From positions 16,910 to 80,909 of the forward strand of contig JAJEAH010000046.1 in the NCBI GenBank assembly GCA_022824225.1: a stretch of 64,000 nucleotides of DNA, given 5' to 3'. The stretch comes from Chloroflexota bacterium. Its GTDB lineage: Bacteria > Chloroflexota > UBA11872 > VXOZ01. A program made the position numbers and the translations under genes. Below are positions 50,727 to 60,569 of this stretch, one piece after another. Below the pieces are notes generated by a model that saw nothing but the letters and a program-made list of their open reading frames with translations, ran no database searches and had not been told where the DNA came from. The first letter of the stretch is position 1. Every line of letters begins with the position of its first letter.

Positions 50727-51076
50727 GGGCTGTGGTTCCTCAGCAGGTAGTACATGGACCGCTCCTTTCCATTATACGGCAGCCTGGGCCGGTAAAGTCT
50801 TGTCGGTTGCGGGCGGGGCAATCTGCGCAACACCGGCAGACTGCCAGCGCACATCGACAGGTTGCCGACGTAAGCACAAGCTGGAACGCGCACCACAATG
50901 AACCCGCGACAACGGCAGCGCAGCTCTCAGCAGCGGCAAATTGCGCGCCGCCCCGCCTTCGGCCCTTCTGCTTTTCTAATTGACCGCCCACAGGTAGTAT
51001 ATTAATCACACGTGCCGCCGTCGCAAGCGTTTGTCCGTCCTGCGAGGCCGCAGGCAAGCGCAGCGGGAGGACTATT

Positions 51077-52354
51077 ATGTCAGTAGGCTTGCACGCCGCT
51101 TTTACGGCGGTAGACATCACGCCCGATCAGGACCGCGCGGCGGCCAACGGCACAAAGCGCGACCGCGCGTATCCCATCTACGATCCTCTCAAGGCCCGCA
51201 TCCTGCTGCTCCAAGATGGTGAGCACACGGTCGCCATTGTGGCCGTCGACGCCTTCGAACTCGGCATTGGATTCGATGAGAAAGTTGCGGCGGCGCTGCA
51301 CGCCCGCGGCATCGCGCCCATGCCCACGCTCTTTTGCCCGTCTCACATTGGCTCCACGCCCATCTCGAACTACGGCGCGTACATCATGATCTTCGCGCAA
51401 GACCTCATCATCGAGAACTACGAGGATGAGATCAGCGCGCGCATCGCCGACGGCATCCAGGAGGCGATGGGGCTGCTCGCGCCCGCACGGGTCGCGTCCC
51501 GGTCCGGCCACGCGCCGGACGTGTGCTACAACCGCCGCTTCATTCAGCCCGACGGTTCCGTGCACATGGTGTTCAACCGCCAGGAGTCGCCGCCGGACCC
51601 CGCGTGGGTCGAGCAAAGCGTCGACGACGAGGTGAGCGTGCTGCGCTTCGACACTACGGACGGCGAGCCGCTGGGCGCGTTCGTCAACTTTGGCTGCCAC
51701 GCGCTCTGTTCCACCGACAAATACGGCGGCATCTCCGCCGACTATCCGCGCTACGTGGCGGACGTGTTCGGCGAGGTGGCAGGCTTGCCCATCGTCTTTA
51801 CCCAAGGCGGGCTGGGCGACGTCGTGCCCATCGAGCGGGACGGCTGGGCGGCGCGGCGCGTGGGCCGCTCCGTGGGGGCCCAGGCGCTCTACGTCTTCGA
51901 GCAAATCAAGCCCGACACGGCGCCGCGCATGGCGGTTGTGCGGCGCGAGGTTGAGATTCCGGCCCGGGTCATGCCTGAGGAACCGGAAGAACTGCGCTTC
52001 AATTTCACGCGCATGCACGACCGTTACCACCGCCACCTCTACGAGTGGTACCGGCAGAACCCCACCATTCACTATCCCATTCAGGTCGTGACGCTCGGGG
52101 ATACGGCGCTCGTGCACATGCCGGGCGAACTCTTCCATGAGACGGTCGTGGCGATTAAGGCGGCCTCGCCGTTCCGGCATACGGTGGTCATCAGCCGGGC
52201 GACGCGTGAGGTAGCCTACGTGCCGACCCCGGCGGCGTTCACGCAAGGCGGCATGGAGCCCAACCTCGCCGCGATTGCGCCCGCCAGCGAACCGCTGATC
52301 CGCCAGGCGGCTATCGATCTGCTGGCTGAGTTGCGTGCGCCGGTAGCGGTCTAG
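51077..52354 (+). CDS. Hypothetical protein with a neutral-ceramidase-like N-terminal region
   Basis: The N-terminus GLHAAFTAVDITPD...YDPLKARILLLQDGEHTVAIVAVD resembles the N-terminal pattern of that family. Weak call. Confidence 0.4.
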   Translation: MSVGLHAAFTAVDITPDQDRAAANGTKRDRAYPIYDPLKARILLLQDGEHTVAIVAVDAFELGIGFDEKVAAALHARGIAPMPTLFCPSHIGSTPISNYGAYIMIFAQDLIIENYEDEISARIADGIQEAMGLLAPARVASRSGHAPDVCYNRRFIQPDGSVHMVFNRQESPPDPAWVEQSVDDEVSVLRFDTTDGEPLGAFVNFGCHALCSTDKYGGISADYPRYVADVFGEVAGLPIVFTQGGLGDVVPIERDGWAARRVGRSVGAQALYVFEQIKPDTAPRMAVVRREVEIPARVMPEEPEELRFNFTRMHDRYHRHLYEWYRQNPTIHYPIQVVTLGDTALVHMPGELFHETVVAIKAASPFRHTVVISRATREVAYVPTPAAFTQGGMEPNLAAIAPASEPLIRQAAIDLLAELRAPVAV

Positions 52355-52456
52355 GCCGGGCGTTTCTGACTCTCTGAACGCATGGGGTGCGCTAGGCTTC
52401 AACGGCTGGTGCGTTGGGCGCGCCGAGGCCCGGCCTGAGACCGGAAACCCACGGCA

Positions 52457-52732
52457 GGCGCGGAGAAGATGGGCTCCCGCTTTCGCGGGAGTGACGGGGT
52501 CGGGCGCCTTGCTGGTAAAGTGCACTGCTAGGTGCTTTGCTGGCAAAACGCACTGTTGGCAGGTGCTTTGCTGGCAGGGCGGATTGCCGGCAAGACGCCC
52601 CGAGTTGGTTGGCGCGGAGAAGATGGGCTCCCGCTTTCGCGGGAGTGACGGGGTCGGCCGACTTGCTGGCAGGTGCGCTGCTAGCATGGTGTTTTGCTGG
52701 CATGGCGCTTTGCTGGCATGGCGCTTTGCTGA
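52457..52732 (+). repeat. Two 47-bp direct repeats, each with a GGGCTCCCGC..GCGGGAGTGAC hairpin, followed by 3 x 16-bp tandem units
   Basis: The 47-mers lie at 52457..52503 and 52611..52657. CATGG(T/C)G(T/C)TTTGCTG(G/A) units start at 52685, 52701 and 52717. Confidence 0.85.
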
Positions 52733-52781
52733 CAAAATGCCTTGATACCAGGTTATCGATGACTAAAAGGAGCAGGTCCGC

Positions 52782-54080
52782 ATGGGGAACGTGGCGCTGA
52801 CCGGCGGCGCGCCGGTACTCTCGGAACCACTAGGCATGTCTTGGCCGATCTTCGGCGCGCAGGAGCAAGAACTCCTGCAGGGCGTGCTGGAAAGCGGCAT
52901 CTGGTGGCGGGGCGGACACGCCAGCCAGGATGAATCCCAGGTCGGCCGCTTCGAACGCAGCTTTGCCGACTTTCAAGACGCCGCGTACGGCATTGCCGTA
53001 GCCAACGGCACCGTGGCGCTGGAGGCGGCGCTGCGGGGGGTGGGCGTGGAAGCGGGCGATGAGGTGATCGTGCCCGCGGTCACGTTCGTGGCTACGGCGT
53101 CCGCCGTGCTGCAAGCCAATGCCATTCCCATATTCGTGGACTGCGATCCCCGCAACTACACCATCGACCCCCAAGCGGTGGAAGCCGCCATCACGCCGCA
53201 CACGCGGGCCGTGATGCCGGTAGACTACGGCGGCATGCCGTGCGACATGGACGCGCTCCAGGCAATCGCGGACAAGCACGACATCGCCATCGTTTCCGAC
53301 TGCGCACACTCCCACGGGTCACAATGGCGGGGCGTTGGCACGGGGGCAATCGGCGATTGCGGCGGGTTCAGTTTCCAGATGGGCAAGACCCTGACCACCG
53401 GCGAGGGCGGCATGATACTCTCCAACAAGGAGGATGTAGCGCAGCTCACGGCCTCTTTCGCCAATATCGGCCGCTATCCGGGCCGCCCCTTCTACGAGCA
53501 CCACATTCCCTGCACGAACCTGCGCATGACCGAGTGGCAGGGAGCCGTGGGCAACGGGCAACTGGCGCGCCTGGCGGCGCAGACCGCTACCCGTGAGCGC
53601 AACGTCACGTACCTTGGCGAGCAACTCGCGGATATCGACGGCTTTTCCCCCATCTACCGCGACCCCCGCGTCACGCGCTGGGGATTCTACTTCTGGCACT
53701 TCAAGTACGACGGCGCGCAATTCGCCGGCATCCGGCGCGACACGGTCATGCGGGCCCTGAACGCCGAGGGGCTGCGCGTGCACACCGGCCATACCCATCC
53801 GGTCTACCGCAACCCCATCTTCCAGGAGATGAACTTCGGGCGGAAGGGACATCCCTTCACGTGTTCGTTCTACGGCAAGGAAGTGGACTACGGCAGCCTC
53901 TACTTGCCGGAATCCGAGCGCATCTACGCCCAGGAAGCCCTCTGCATGCCCCACGCGTCGTTCCTCGGTCCCCGGAGCGACATGGACCGCACCCTAGACG
54001 TCCTGCACAAGTTGGCACAGAACCAGGACGAACTCCGCGCCTGGGAACGCGAGCAGCAGACCGAGGCTGTGTCCGCCTAG
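52782..54080 (+). CDS. DegT/DnrJ/EryC1/StrS-family PLP aminotransferase (second copy)
   Basis: Motifs FSFQMGKTLTTGEGGMI and AVANGTVALEAAL. Colinear with 34198..35445. Confidence 0.85.
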   Translation: MGNVALTGGAPVLSEPLGMSWPIFGAQEQELLQGVLESGIWWRGGHASQDESQVGRFERSFADFQDAAYGIAVANGTVALEAALRGVGVEAGDEVIVPAVTFVATASAVLQANAIPIFVDCDPRNYTIDPQAVEAAITPHTRAVMPVDYGGMPCDMDALQAIADKHDIAIVSDCAHSHGSQWRGVGTGAIGDCGGFSFQMGKTLTTGEGGMILSNKEDVAQLTASFANIGRYPGRPFYEHHIPCTNLRMTEWQGAVGNGQLARLAAQTATRERNVTYLGEQLADIDGFSPIYRDPRVTRWGFYFWHFKYDGAQFAGIRRDTVMRALNAEGLRVHTGHTHPVYRNPIFQEMNFGRKGHPFTCSFYGKEVDYGSLYLPESERIYAQEALCMPHASFLGPRSDMDRTLDVLHKLAQNQDELRAWEREQQTEAVSA

Positions 54081-54092
54081 GTAGCTTGCCGA

Positions 54093-54417
54093 ATCAGTAG
54101 CTCTTGACTTGATCACTTTGTTGGGCTAGATCTCATGCCATTCCGAGCGCAGCGTCGAACAGAGTTCGCTGACTTCGTCAAAGACGCGGAATCTAGTGTG
54201 CTCCCGACACTAGATTCTTCGTCGCCGCACTCCTCAGAATGACAATCTGACTGCACTCCTCAGATTGTCATGTCAGCCGCACTCCTCAGAATGACATTTT
54301 GGCTGCATTCCTTAGAGTGACAGTTTGGCTGTATTTCTCAGAATGACATTTCGGGGCGCAGCCGTTCGCGTTGACATCCATACCCGTGCAGACTAATTCA
54401 GTACCTACTAATCGCGG
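54093..54417 (+). mobile_element. Composite dispersed repeat, copy 3 of 3, expanded by an internal 26-bp tandem array
   Basis: Same ends as copy 1. The internal unit GCACTCCTCAGAATGACA.. occurs at 54227, 54253, 54279, 54305 and 54331, against a single unit in copies 1 and 2. Confidence 0.75.
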
Positions 54418-54545
54418 TAGCTTGGGGCAATGCTATAGGGTCGGGTAACCGAAACTGACGCTCTTGAGCGGTACGGCGCTTACCAAGGCGTCTTGCCCCA
54501 GCCGGATCGACCGGACAGTCCGGCTACTGATAAAACCCCTGAGCT

Positions 54546-54643
54546 TGTCACTCCGAACGGAGTGAGGAGTCTAGAGTGTTTACTATTGACCCGTGAGATT
54601 GAGGACAAAGGGCCCTGGATTTCTCGCTGCGCTCGAAATGACA
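54546..54643. repeat. MITE-like hairpin of the GTCAYTCCGA...TCGAAATGACA family
   Basis: TGTCACTCCGAACGGAGTGAGGAGTCTAGAG ... CTGGATTTCTCGCTGCGCTCGAAATGACA. Confidence 0.7.
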
Positions 54644-54833
54644 GTGGGTTTGCTGCCAGTGACTGTGGGTTTCTTGCTTCTGAACAATGACAGCATGAGG
54701 TCTACCGGACCCTGCAAGCGGCGTCTATAGCCATAGGCGTACCGCTTGCGTTACTATGCCTAGCGCTGCACTGCGACCGTAGCCGGAGAGGGACTGCGCG
54801 CCGCCGGTCAGCCCGCCAAGGAGAGTTCATTCA

Positions 54834-55529
54834 ATGCCACCGGAACCGATAGCTATCGACATCGAGACGACGGGGCAGCCGTGGGACGGCTTTGTGCCCG
54901 AGATGCAGGAGTATTTGCTCAGCCGGGCGCGGGACGATGAAGAGCGCGCGGCGTTTCCGGGCCAGTTGGCGCTCTATCCGGGCGCCGCCAAGATTGTCGC
55001 CATCGGCATGTGGCGGCCCGGCGAGCAGAGCGGCGGCGTGCTTGTGAACAACAGCGCCGGCGCGCGGGAGTGGCAGGAGTTCCACGACGGCGCTACCGTC
55101 TACCATGGCAGTGAGGAGGAGATCCTGGCCGAGTTCTGGCGTCTCGTCCAAGAATTCAGCACGCTTGTCACCTACAACGGCCGCGGCTTCGACTGCCCCA
55201 TTCTCATGCTGCGCTCCGCGGTCCACCGCATCCGCCCCAGCCGCAATCTCATGCCCTACCGGTATAGCTTTCGCGAGCATTGCGATCTAATGGAAGTGCT
55301 GAGCTTCCACCGCGCAATCCAGCCCTACAGCTTCCAATTCTGGTGCCACCAGTTCGGCATCGACGACCCCAAAGAGGGCCTCACCGGCAGCGCCGTTCCC
55401 AAGGCCTATGCGGCAGGGGACTGGGACGCTATCGCCCGCTACTGCCTCCAAGACGCCCGCGCCACGGCGGAACTCTACGAACGCCTGCTACCCCTCATAG
55501 CGACGCTGGAACCGCAAGGCCGGGGCTAG
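54834..55529 (+). CDS. RNase-H-fold 3'-5' exonuclease related to the PolB exonuclease domain
   Basis: Motifs IAIDIETTG (DxE), YNGRGFDCPILMLRS and YCLQDARATAELYERL. Confidence 0.6.
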   Translation: MPPEPIAIDIETTGQPWDGFVPEMQEYLLSRARDDEERAAFPGQLALYPGAAKIVAIGMWRPGEQSGGVLVNNSAGAREWQEFHDGATVYHGSEEEILAEFWRLVQEFSTLVTYNGRGFDCPILMLRSAVHRIRPSRNLMPYRYSFREHCDLMEVLSFHRAIQPYSFQFWCHQFGIDDPKEGLTGSAVPKAYAAGDWDAIARYCLQDARATAELYERLLPLIATLEPQGRG

Positions 55530-55566
55530 TGGATGACGCGCCTGCAGGGCGGAGCCGACTGACCGG

Positions 55567-55800
55567 CTATCGTTCTACAGCCGTCCCGGCTACTGAACTC
55601 ACGTTTATCAGTTCCACAGCCGGCGACTCACCTTCTCCCAGCACGTGCGACGCGTCGAGAATCTCAATGCCGACGAGCGCCTCTTCAGGGCCGACATCCA
55701 GGGCGACATCATCATTCAGCCGCACCGCGCGGCACTCCTGTCTGCCCGCGATGAGGCGAATTTAGAGCGCGTCTGCCTCGGAGTCATAGCTGGTTTTCAT
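55567..55800 (-). pseudogene. DUF2283-family small gene interrupted by an in-frame TAA at codon 13
   Basis: Minus-strand translation is MKTSYDSEADAL*IRLIAGRQECRAVRLNDDVALDVGPEERLVGIEILDASHVLGEG... The family hallmark is ..EADALYIRL.. The TAA at 55762..55764 sits where Tyr (TAY) is expected. Confidence 0.6.
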
Positions 55801-55832
55801 TGGTTTTACCTGCCCGCCGCATGTTCTCTACT

Positions 55833-57107
55833 CTACACGGACAAAGTGCTCTTCTTCTGCGCGACGACAGACTGCTTTTCCCTCTGCCGAATCGCTACCA
55901 ATTCCGCATCGGCAATCCCTTGTTGCACAAGAGACTCCACGTCCAGCACTGACTCGGCTGCGCGAATGCCTTTGAGGTCGGTGTGGATCGAGGGATTGGC
56001 AGGCACGAACAGGGCGCAGCAGTCCTGGTCGGGCCGGATGGAAATCTCGTAGGTGCCGACCCGCTCAGCTTCATCCGCGATTTCCTGCTTGTCCATGCCG
56101 ATGAGCGGACGGAGCATGAGTTGCGTTGCCACGTCTTCAACGGCGGTCAGGTTCTCTATCGTCTGCGACGCCACTTGTCCCAAGCTATCGCCCGTAACCA
56201 ATGCGCGGCCCCCGTGGCGTGCGCCCAGCGCGGCGGCGATCCGCACCATGAAGCGGCGGTAGAGCACGACCCGGTAGGGCGCGGGGCACGAGACGACGAT
56301 CTGCCGCTGAATGTCTCCTAGCGGCACAAGATAGAGAATGGTAGCGCCCTGGTAGGCGCTGATCACCTCGGCCAGTTCCCGGGCCTTCTCTTGCGACGCG
56401 TTATTCAGGAACGGGAACGAATGGAAGTGCACCAACACGGCGCGGCAGCCGCGCTTCAGCACACGCAGGGCGGCCACAGGCGAATCGATGCCGCCGGAGA
56501 GCAACACGGTGACCGGCGCGCTGGATCCCACCGGCAGGCCGCCGGGGCCGCGCTCTTTATTGAAGAAGAAGAGGGCGAACTGCGGCAGGACCTCAACGTA
56601 GACGGTCATGTCCGGGGCGCTGAGATTCACGCCCGCGCCGCTTGCCGCCTGCACCGCCGCGCCGAGTTTCACTGCGATCTCCCGCGAAGAAAGCGGCAGG
56701 TCCTTGAACGCCCGCCGGGCCCGCACGGCGAAGGTCGCAAACTCGCCGGCCTCCGGCAGCCGCGCCAAGACGCCCTGGATCAGGCCATCGAGCTTGGTGG
56801 GCGCGGCGTAACCCCGGGCGAAGTTCACCACGCCGAAGACCCGCGCGATGCGGTCGCGCAAGGGCTCCCAGGCCGCGTGCGGTTCCAGCCAGAGCAAGAT
56901 GCGCCCGGTGGCGCGTTCGATGCGCGTCACGCCGCAGCCGGCCGTCGCCTGGCGCAGATTGGTCTCCAGCGTGCCCAAGAAGAACGGCCGGTTGCGGCCC
57001 TTCAAGCCCACTTCGTGATAGTGCACAACCACACAGGGACGCATACGCGAGCCATGAGCCTGCATCGTTGCCGCATTCTCCATCTCGTCGGCCGTGCTAG
57101 TTGTCAT
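55833..57107 (-). CDS. thiI: tRNA 4-thiouridine synthase ThiI (THUMP + PP-loop)
   Basis: Motifs HYHEVGLKGRNRPFF and VLLSGGIDSPVAA; 424 aa. Confidence 0.85.
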   Translation of the reverse strand: MTTSTADEMENAATMQAHGSRMRPCVVVHYHEVGLKGRNRPFFLGTLETNLRQATAGCGVTRIERATGRILLWLEPHAAWEPLRDRIARVFGVVNFARGYAAPTKLDGLIQGVLARLPEAGEFATFAVRARRAFKDLPLSSREIAVKLGAAVQAASGAGVNLSAPDMTVYVEVLPQFALFFFNKERGPGGLPVGSSAPVTVLLSGGIDSPVAALRVLKRGCRAVLVHFHSFPFLNNASQEKARELAEVISAYQGATILYLVPLGDIQRQIVVSCPAPYRVVLYRRFMVRIAAALGARHGGRALVTGDSLGQVASQTIENLTAVEDVATQLMLRPLIGMDKQEIADEAERVGTYEISIRPDQDCCALFVPANPSIHTDLKGIRAAESVLDVESLVQQGIADAELVAIRQREKQSVVAQKKSTLSV

Positions 57108-57242
57108 ATTCGCTTGCGCTGCCTCTGTGCCCTTAAGAACGTCATTGCGGCGCGAACGCTGCGCCTTTGCTCAGCGATTTAGTACTGTGTCAACCTAATT
57201 CTGACAGACAGTCAAGCCTTGAATCTGTCCCCTCTCCCTGAG

Positions 57243-57388
57243 CTGACAGGGTATGTACTCTCTGATCGAATTCATATGTCATTCCGAACGGAGCGCAGCG
57301 GAGTGAGGAATCTAGAGTATAGCCCTGCAAAACCAGCATCTTTAGATTCCTCGCTGCGCTCGGAATGACATTTGCATACCCCTGTCAG
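57243..57388. mobile_element. 146-bp MITE with terminal inverted repeats and a flanking 9-bp direct repeat
   Basis: TIRs are CTGACAGGGTATG (57243..57255) and CATACCCCTGTCAG (57375..57388). An inner hairpin spans 57277..57370. CTCCCTGAG occurs at 57234..57242 and again at 57391..57399. Confidence 0.75.
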
Positions 57389-57638
57389 ATCTCCCTGAGG
57401 ATGAGGGTGAAACATCAGGGCAGAATCAAGTTGACTGAGTGTTAGTCTTCAACTTGCAACAGAATCAACATACCATAGCCGTTCTACAGGCCACTGACCT
57501 TGAGGACAGTCTACGTTCGACACTCCGTCCAGCAATCCTCTACTATGAGCGCGTGCCCTGCAACCGCGCGCTTGAGCGCGATGCCCATTTTGCCTCGCAC
57601 CACAGGGCCTGCAATATCAGTCTCAAAATGACTGTGTC

Positions 57639-58514
57639 TTGGAGCGAAACCGCTTGTTGCAAGACCAACCGCTCACGATCTCCGCATTGCTTAGAACATT
57701 CCTGCGCCCGATCAGCCTGACGTGGTTTCTCATGCTCTGCGAGACGGCGCTGACTGCGCTCATTCCCCTGCTGATCGGCTTTGCCATCGACGACCTCCTC
57801 GCCGGCGACACGACCGCGCTCCTCCAACTGTCAGCAGTCCTGGCAGTGCTGATCGCCGTGAGCGTCATCCGGCGCCTCTATGATACGCGGGTCTACGGCA
57901 CGATTGGCGTGGAATTGGGCAAGGCCCTGACGGAGCGCTCGGCCGCCGCGCCGGTGTCGACGGTGAACGCCCGCCTGGAGATGAGCCGCGAACTCGTGGA
58001 GTTTCTGGAAAATCAGGCGCCGGCGGTAATGGCCTCCGTCATCCAGCTCGCCGTCGCGCTGGTCGTGCTCTTTGCCTTTCATCCCTTCTTGTTCGGGGCT
58101 ACCTGCGCGGCAACCGTGCTGATGATCGTGTTCTACGCGCTCTCGCACCGGCGGTTCTTTCGCTTGAACGCCGAGTACAACCAGCAGACGGAGCAGCAAG
58201 TTCGCATTTTAGAAACAGCGCATCCCGAGGGCATTCTGTCCCATTTGAACAAGATTCGCAGAATTGGGATCAGATTGTCGGACACCGAAGCCTATGTCTA
58301 CGGCGCAATCTACACCGCGATGCTTGGCCTCATTCTCTTCAATCTCTGGTTCGCGGCAACGAACATGGAAATCACCGTCGGCAGGATCTTTTCTATCATC
58401 AGCTATTCATGGGAGTTCGTTGAATCCGCATTGGTGCTGCCGGTAACCCTGCAAAGTTGGTCGCGCTTATCGGAAATCATGGAACGGATCAACAAGACAA
58501 GCGACACGGCCTAA
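57639..58514 (+). CDS. Six-TM ABC-transporter-type membrane domain protein without an ATPase domain
   Basis: 291 aa with a TTG start. LMLCETALTALIPLLIGFAIDDLL resembles TM1 of ABC exporters. No Walker motifs. Confidence 0.5.
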   Translation: MERNRLLQDQPLTISALLRTFLRPISLTWFLMLCETALTALIPLLIGFAIDDLLAGDTTALLQLSAVLAVLIAVSVIRRLYDTRVYGTIGVELGKALTERSAAAPVSTVNARLEMSRELVEFLENQAPAVMASVIQLAVALVVLFAFHPFLFGATCAATVLMIVFYALSHRRFFRLNAEYNQQTEQQVRILETAHPEGILSHLNKIRRIGIRLSDTEAYVYGAIYTAMLGLILFNLWFAATNMEITVGRIFSIISYSWEFVESALVLPVTLQSWSRLSEIMERINKTSDTA

Positions 58515-58592
58515 GCTTCACATCGTTCCCCCTTCTTTAGTGCGGCTCTATAAGGGGTGCGCTACGTCCACCGCTAGAAACGCACCAGGTCA

Positions 58593-59594
58593 ATGGCGAA
58601 TAGCCTAAATCGCGGGAGCGTGCACGCTAGCGTTTTCCGGCCTTGTGATACATTGGCCGTGACGAAAGAACGATTGGCCCACTACCAAGGACCCCGGAGG
58701 ATGGACGCACTCTTGGCTGCGGCAGTCCCTGCGAGGCGATACTTTTCAATTGGCTTGCATCTCGTGAGTCGCCGTCGCGGGACCTACGCTCTGCTCACCG
58801 CGCTATACGTGCCACCGGCCTTGCTCGCGGCGCTGCTTTCGGCGCAGCTTGCAGAGCCGAGCGTCTGGCAACAAGCGCTGCTCTATCTCCTGCGCTCCAT
58901 CACCGTCGTGCTCGGCACTCTCGCGATCATGGTGACGGTGTCGTTTCACGCCCACGGGCAAGACATCGGCGTTGCGGGGGCAAGCCGGTTGGGAGTCTTC
59001 TGGGTGTTCCGCTACCTCTGGACGAATGCCCACACCAGTCTCATCTTCTGGCTCCCAACAACGGCGCTAGTCTGGCTGCACGGGCGACAGGCGGAAGTCG
59101 TCCCGCTCGCGGGCGTATTGCAGCCGCTGGCGGACGGCATCTGGTGGCTCGTCATTGGGGGCGCCGCGCTCGCGATCCATACACGCACGATGCTGGCGCC
59201 GTTCTTTGCCGTGCACGGCGATCTGCCGGGCACGGCCGCCACCATCGAATCGTGGCGGCTGAGCGGACGCGTGTTCTGGGTCTGCTGCGGCACGCTCGTG
59301 CTCGCCAGCGCGCCGGTGGCGGTCCCGCTGGGGGTGATTGGCGGCGGGGTGTATCTTGGACTCTCCGCCACGCAGCGAGCGCTGGCGCTGCTTGCCCTGC
59401 CCGACCTGACCTGGGCGGCAATACAGCTCATTCGCCCGCTGCTCATCCCGGCTGTCTACTCCCTCTACAAGGAACTGGGACCGGGCGATCATCGCACGCG
59501 CGAGGCGGATCACATTCAGGACACTATGCCCGTTCTAGCGCGGCCATTGCTGGCGCTGACACGCCCGCTCCCCCATCTGGGACGTTGGCAATAG
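58593..59594 (+). CDS. Hypothetical polytopic membrane protein
   Basis: 333-aa ORF with about 6-7 hydrophobic segments. No recognisable motif. Confidence 0.4.
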   Translation: MANSLNRGSVHASVFRPCDTLAVTKERLAHYQGPRRMDALLAAAVPARRYFSIGLHLVSRRRGTYALLTALYVPPALLAALLSAQLAEPSVWQQALLYLLRSITVVLGTLAIMVTVSFHAHGQDIGVAGASRLGVFWVFRYLWTNAHTSLIFWLPTTALVWLHGRQAEVVPLAGVLQPLADGIWWLVIGGAALAIHTRTMLAPFFAVHGDLPGTAATIESWRLSGRVFWVCCGTLVLASAPVAVPLGVIGGGVYLGLSATQRALALLALPDLTWAAIQLIRPLLIPAVYSLYKELGPGDHRTREADHIQDTMPVLARPLLALTRPLPHLGRWQ

Positions 59595-59627
59595 CCCGCC
59601 GCATACTGCCGTCCACCCGCTGCGGCG

Positions 59628-60569
59628 CTAGTTGCCGATGGGCTCGGTAATGTGCCCGAAGACCGCCCGCAGGCGGGTCAGATCGGCCTCCGGCAGCGTC
59701 GGGTTCTCCAACGCGCGCAAGTTGCTCTCGAAGTGCGCCAGGTTGGCGGTGCCGCTCAGCACCGAGCTTACGGCCGGATGCAGCGCCGTGAACTTGTACG
59801 CAGCGCTGGCGAGGGAATCCACCTCGTCGTGCACCAGCCAGTCGAGCGGCTTGCGGTCCGGCACGGCGTCCCGCTTGATCAGGCCGCGCCGTTTCAGATC
59901 GGCGATCGTCTCCTCCAAACGGTCTTGGCTGGCGAGCACCCGCCGCACGGCGAACATGATGAAGACGCCCACGTTCTGGGCCAGGCACTGCGGGTACACG
60001 AGATCGTCCGCGCTCTGATTGAGCATGTTGTAACCCACCATAGCGGTGGCGAAGTGGTCGTCCGCCAGCGCCAGCCGGAGCGTTTCGTGGGAACCGTCCT
60101 CGCCGTATTGTTCCGTGATGCCGAGCCAGCGGCATTTCCCTTGTTCTCTCAGTTTTAGCGCCGCCGGCAACAGGCGTTCCATGGTGGCGCGGTACCGCTG
60201 CGGGCGCACGCCGTGGAACTGCAAGACCTCCACGGAGTCGGTTTGCAAGCGCGCAAGGCTGCGCTCCACCGAGGCAACCACGTCTTCGGGAGTGGCGATT
60301 TCGCCATCGAGTTCCGGCGTGAATTTCGTCGCCACGTAGTACCGGTCTCGCGGCACGCCTTGCAGGGCCCGCCCCAAGATAGCTTCACTCTCGCGGTAGC
60401 CGGCCGCGGTATCGAAGATATTGACGCCCACGTCCAGGGCACGCCGGACCAGGCGATGGATGTCCGCCTCCGGCACACCCGACCGTTGGCCGAAGTTGCT
60501 CGGCCCGCCGGTGCCAACACCCAGCAACGAGACCCGCAAGCCTGTCCGTCCCAACGTTCGATACAGCAT
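59628..60569 (-). CDS. Aldo/keto reductase
   Basis: Motifs MLYRTLGRTGLRVSLLGVGTG, IFDTAAGY and LQFHG. Confidence 0.9.
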   Translation of the reverse strand: MLYRTLGRTGLRVSLLGVGTGGPSNFGQRSGVPEADIHRLVRRALDVGVNIFDTAAGYRESEAILGRALQGVPRDRYYVATKFTPELDGEIATPEDVVASVERSLARLQTDSVEVLQFHGVRPQRYRATMERLLPAALKLREQGKCRWLGITEQYGEDGSHETLRLALADDHFATAMVGYNMLNQSADDLVYPQCLAQNVGVFIMFAVRRVLASQDRLEETIADLKRRGLIKRDAVPDRKPLDWLVHDEVDSLASAAYKFTALHPAVSSVLSGTANLAHFESNLRALENPTLPEADLTRLRAVFGHITEPIGN

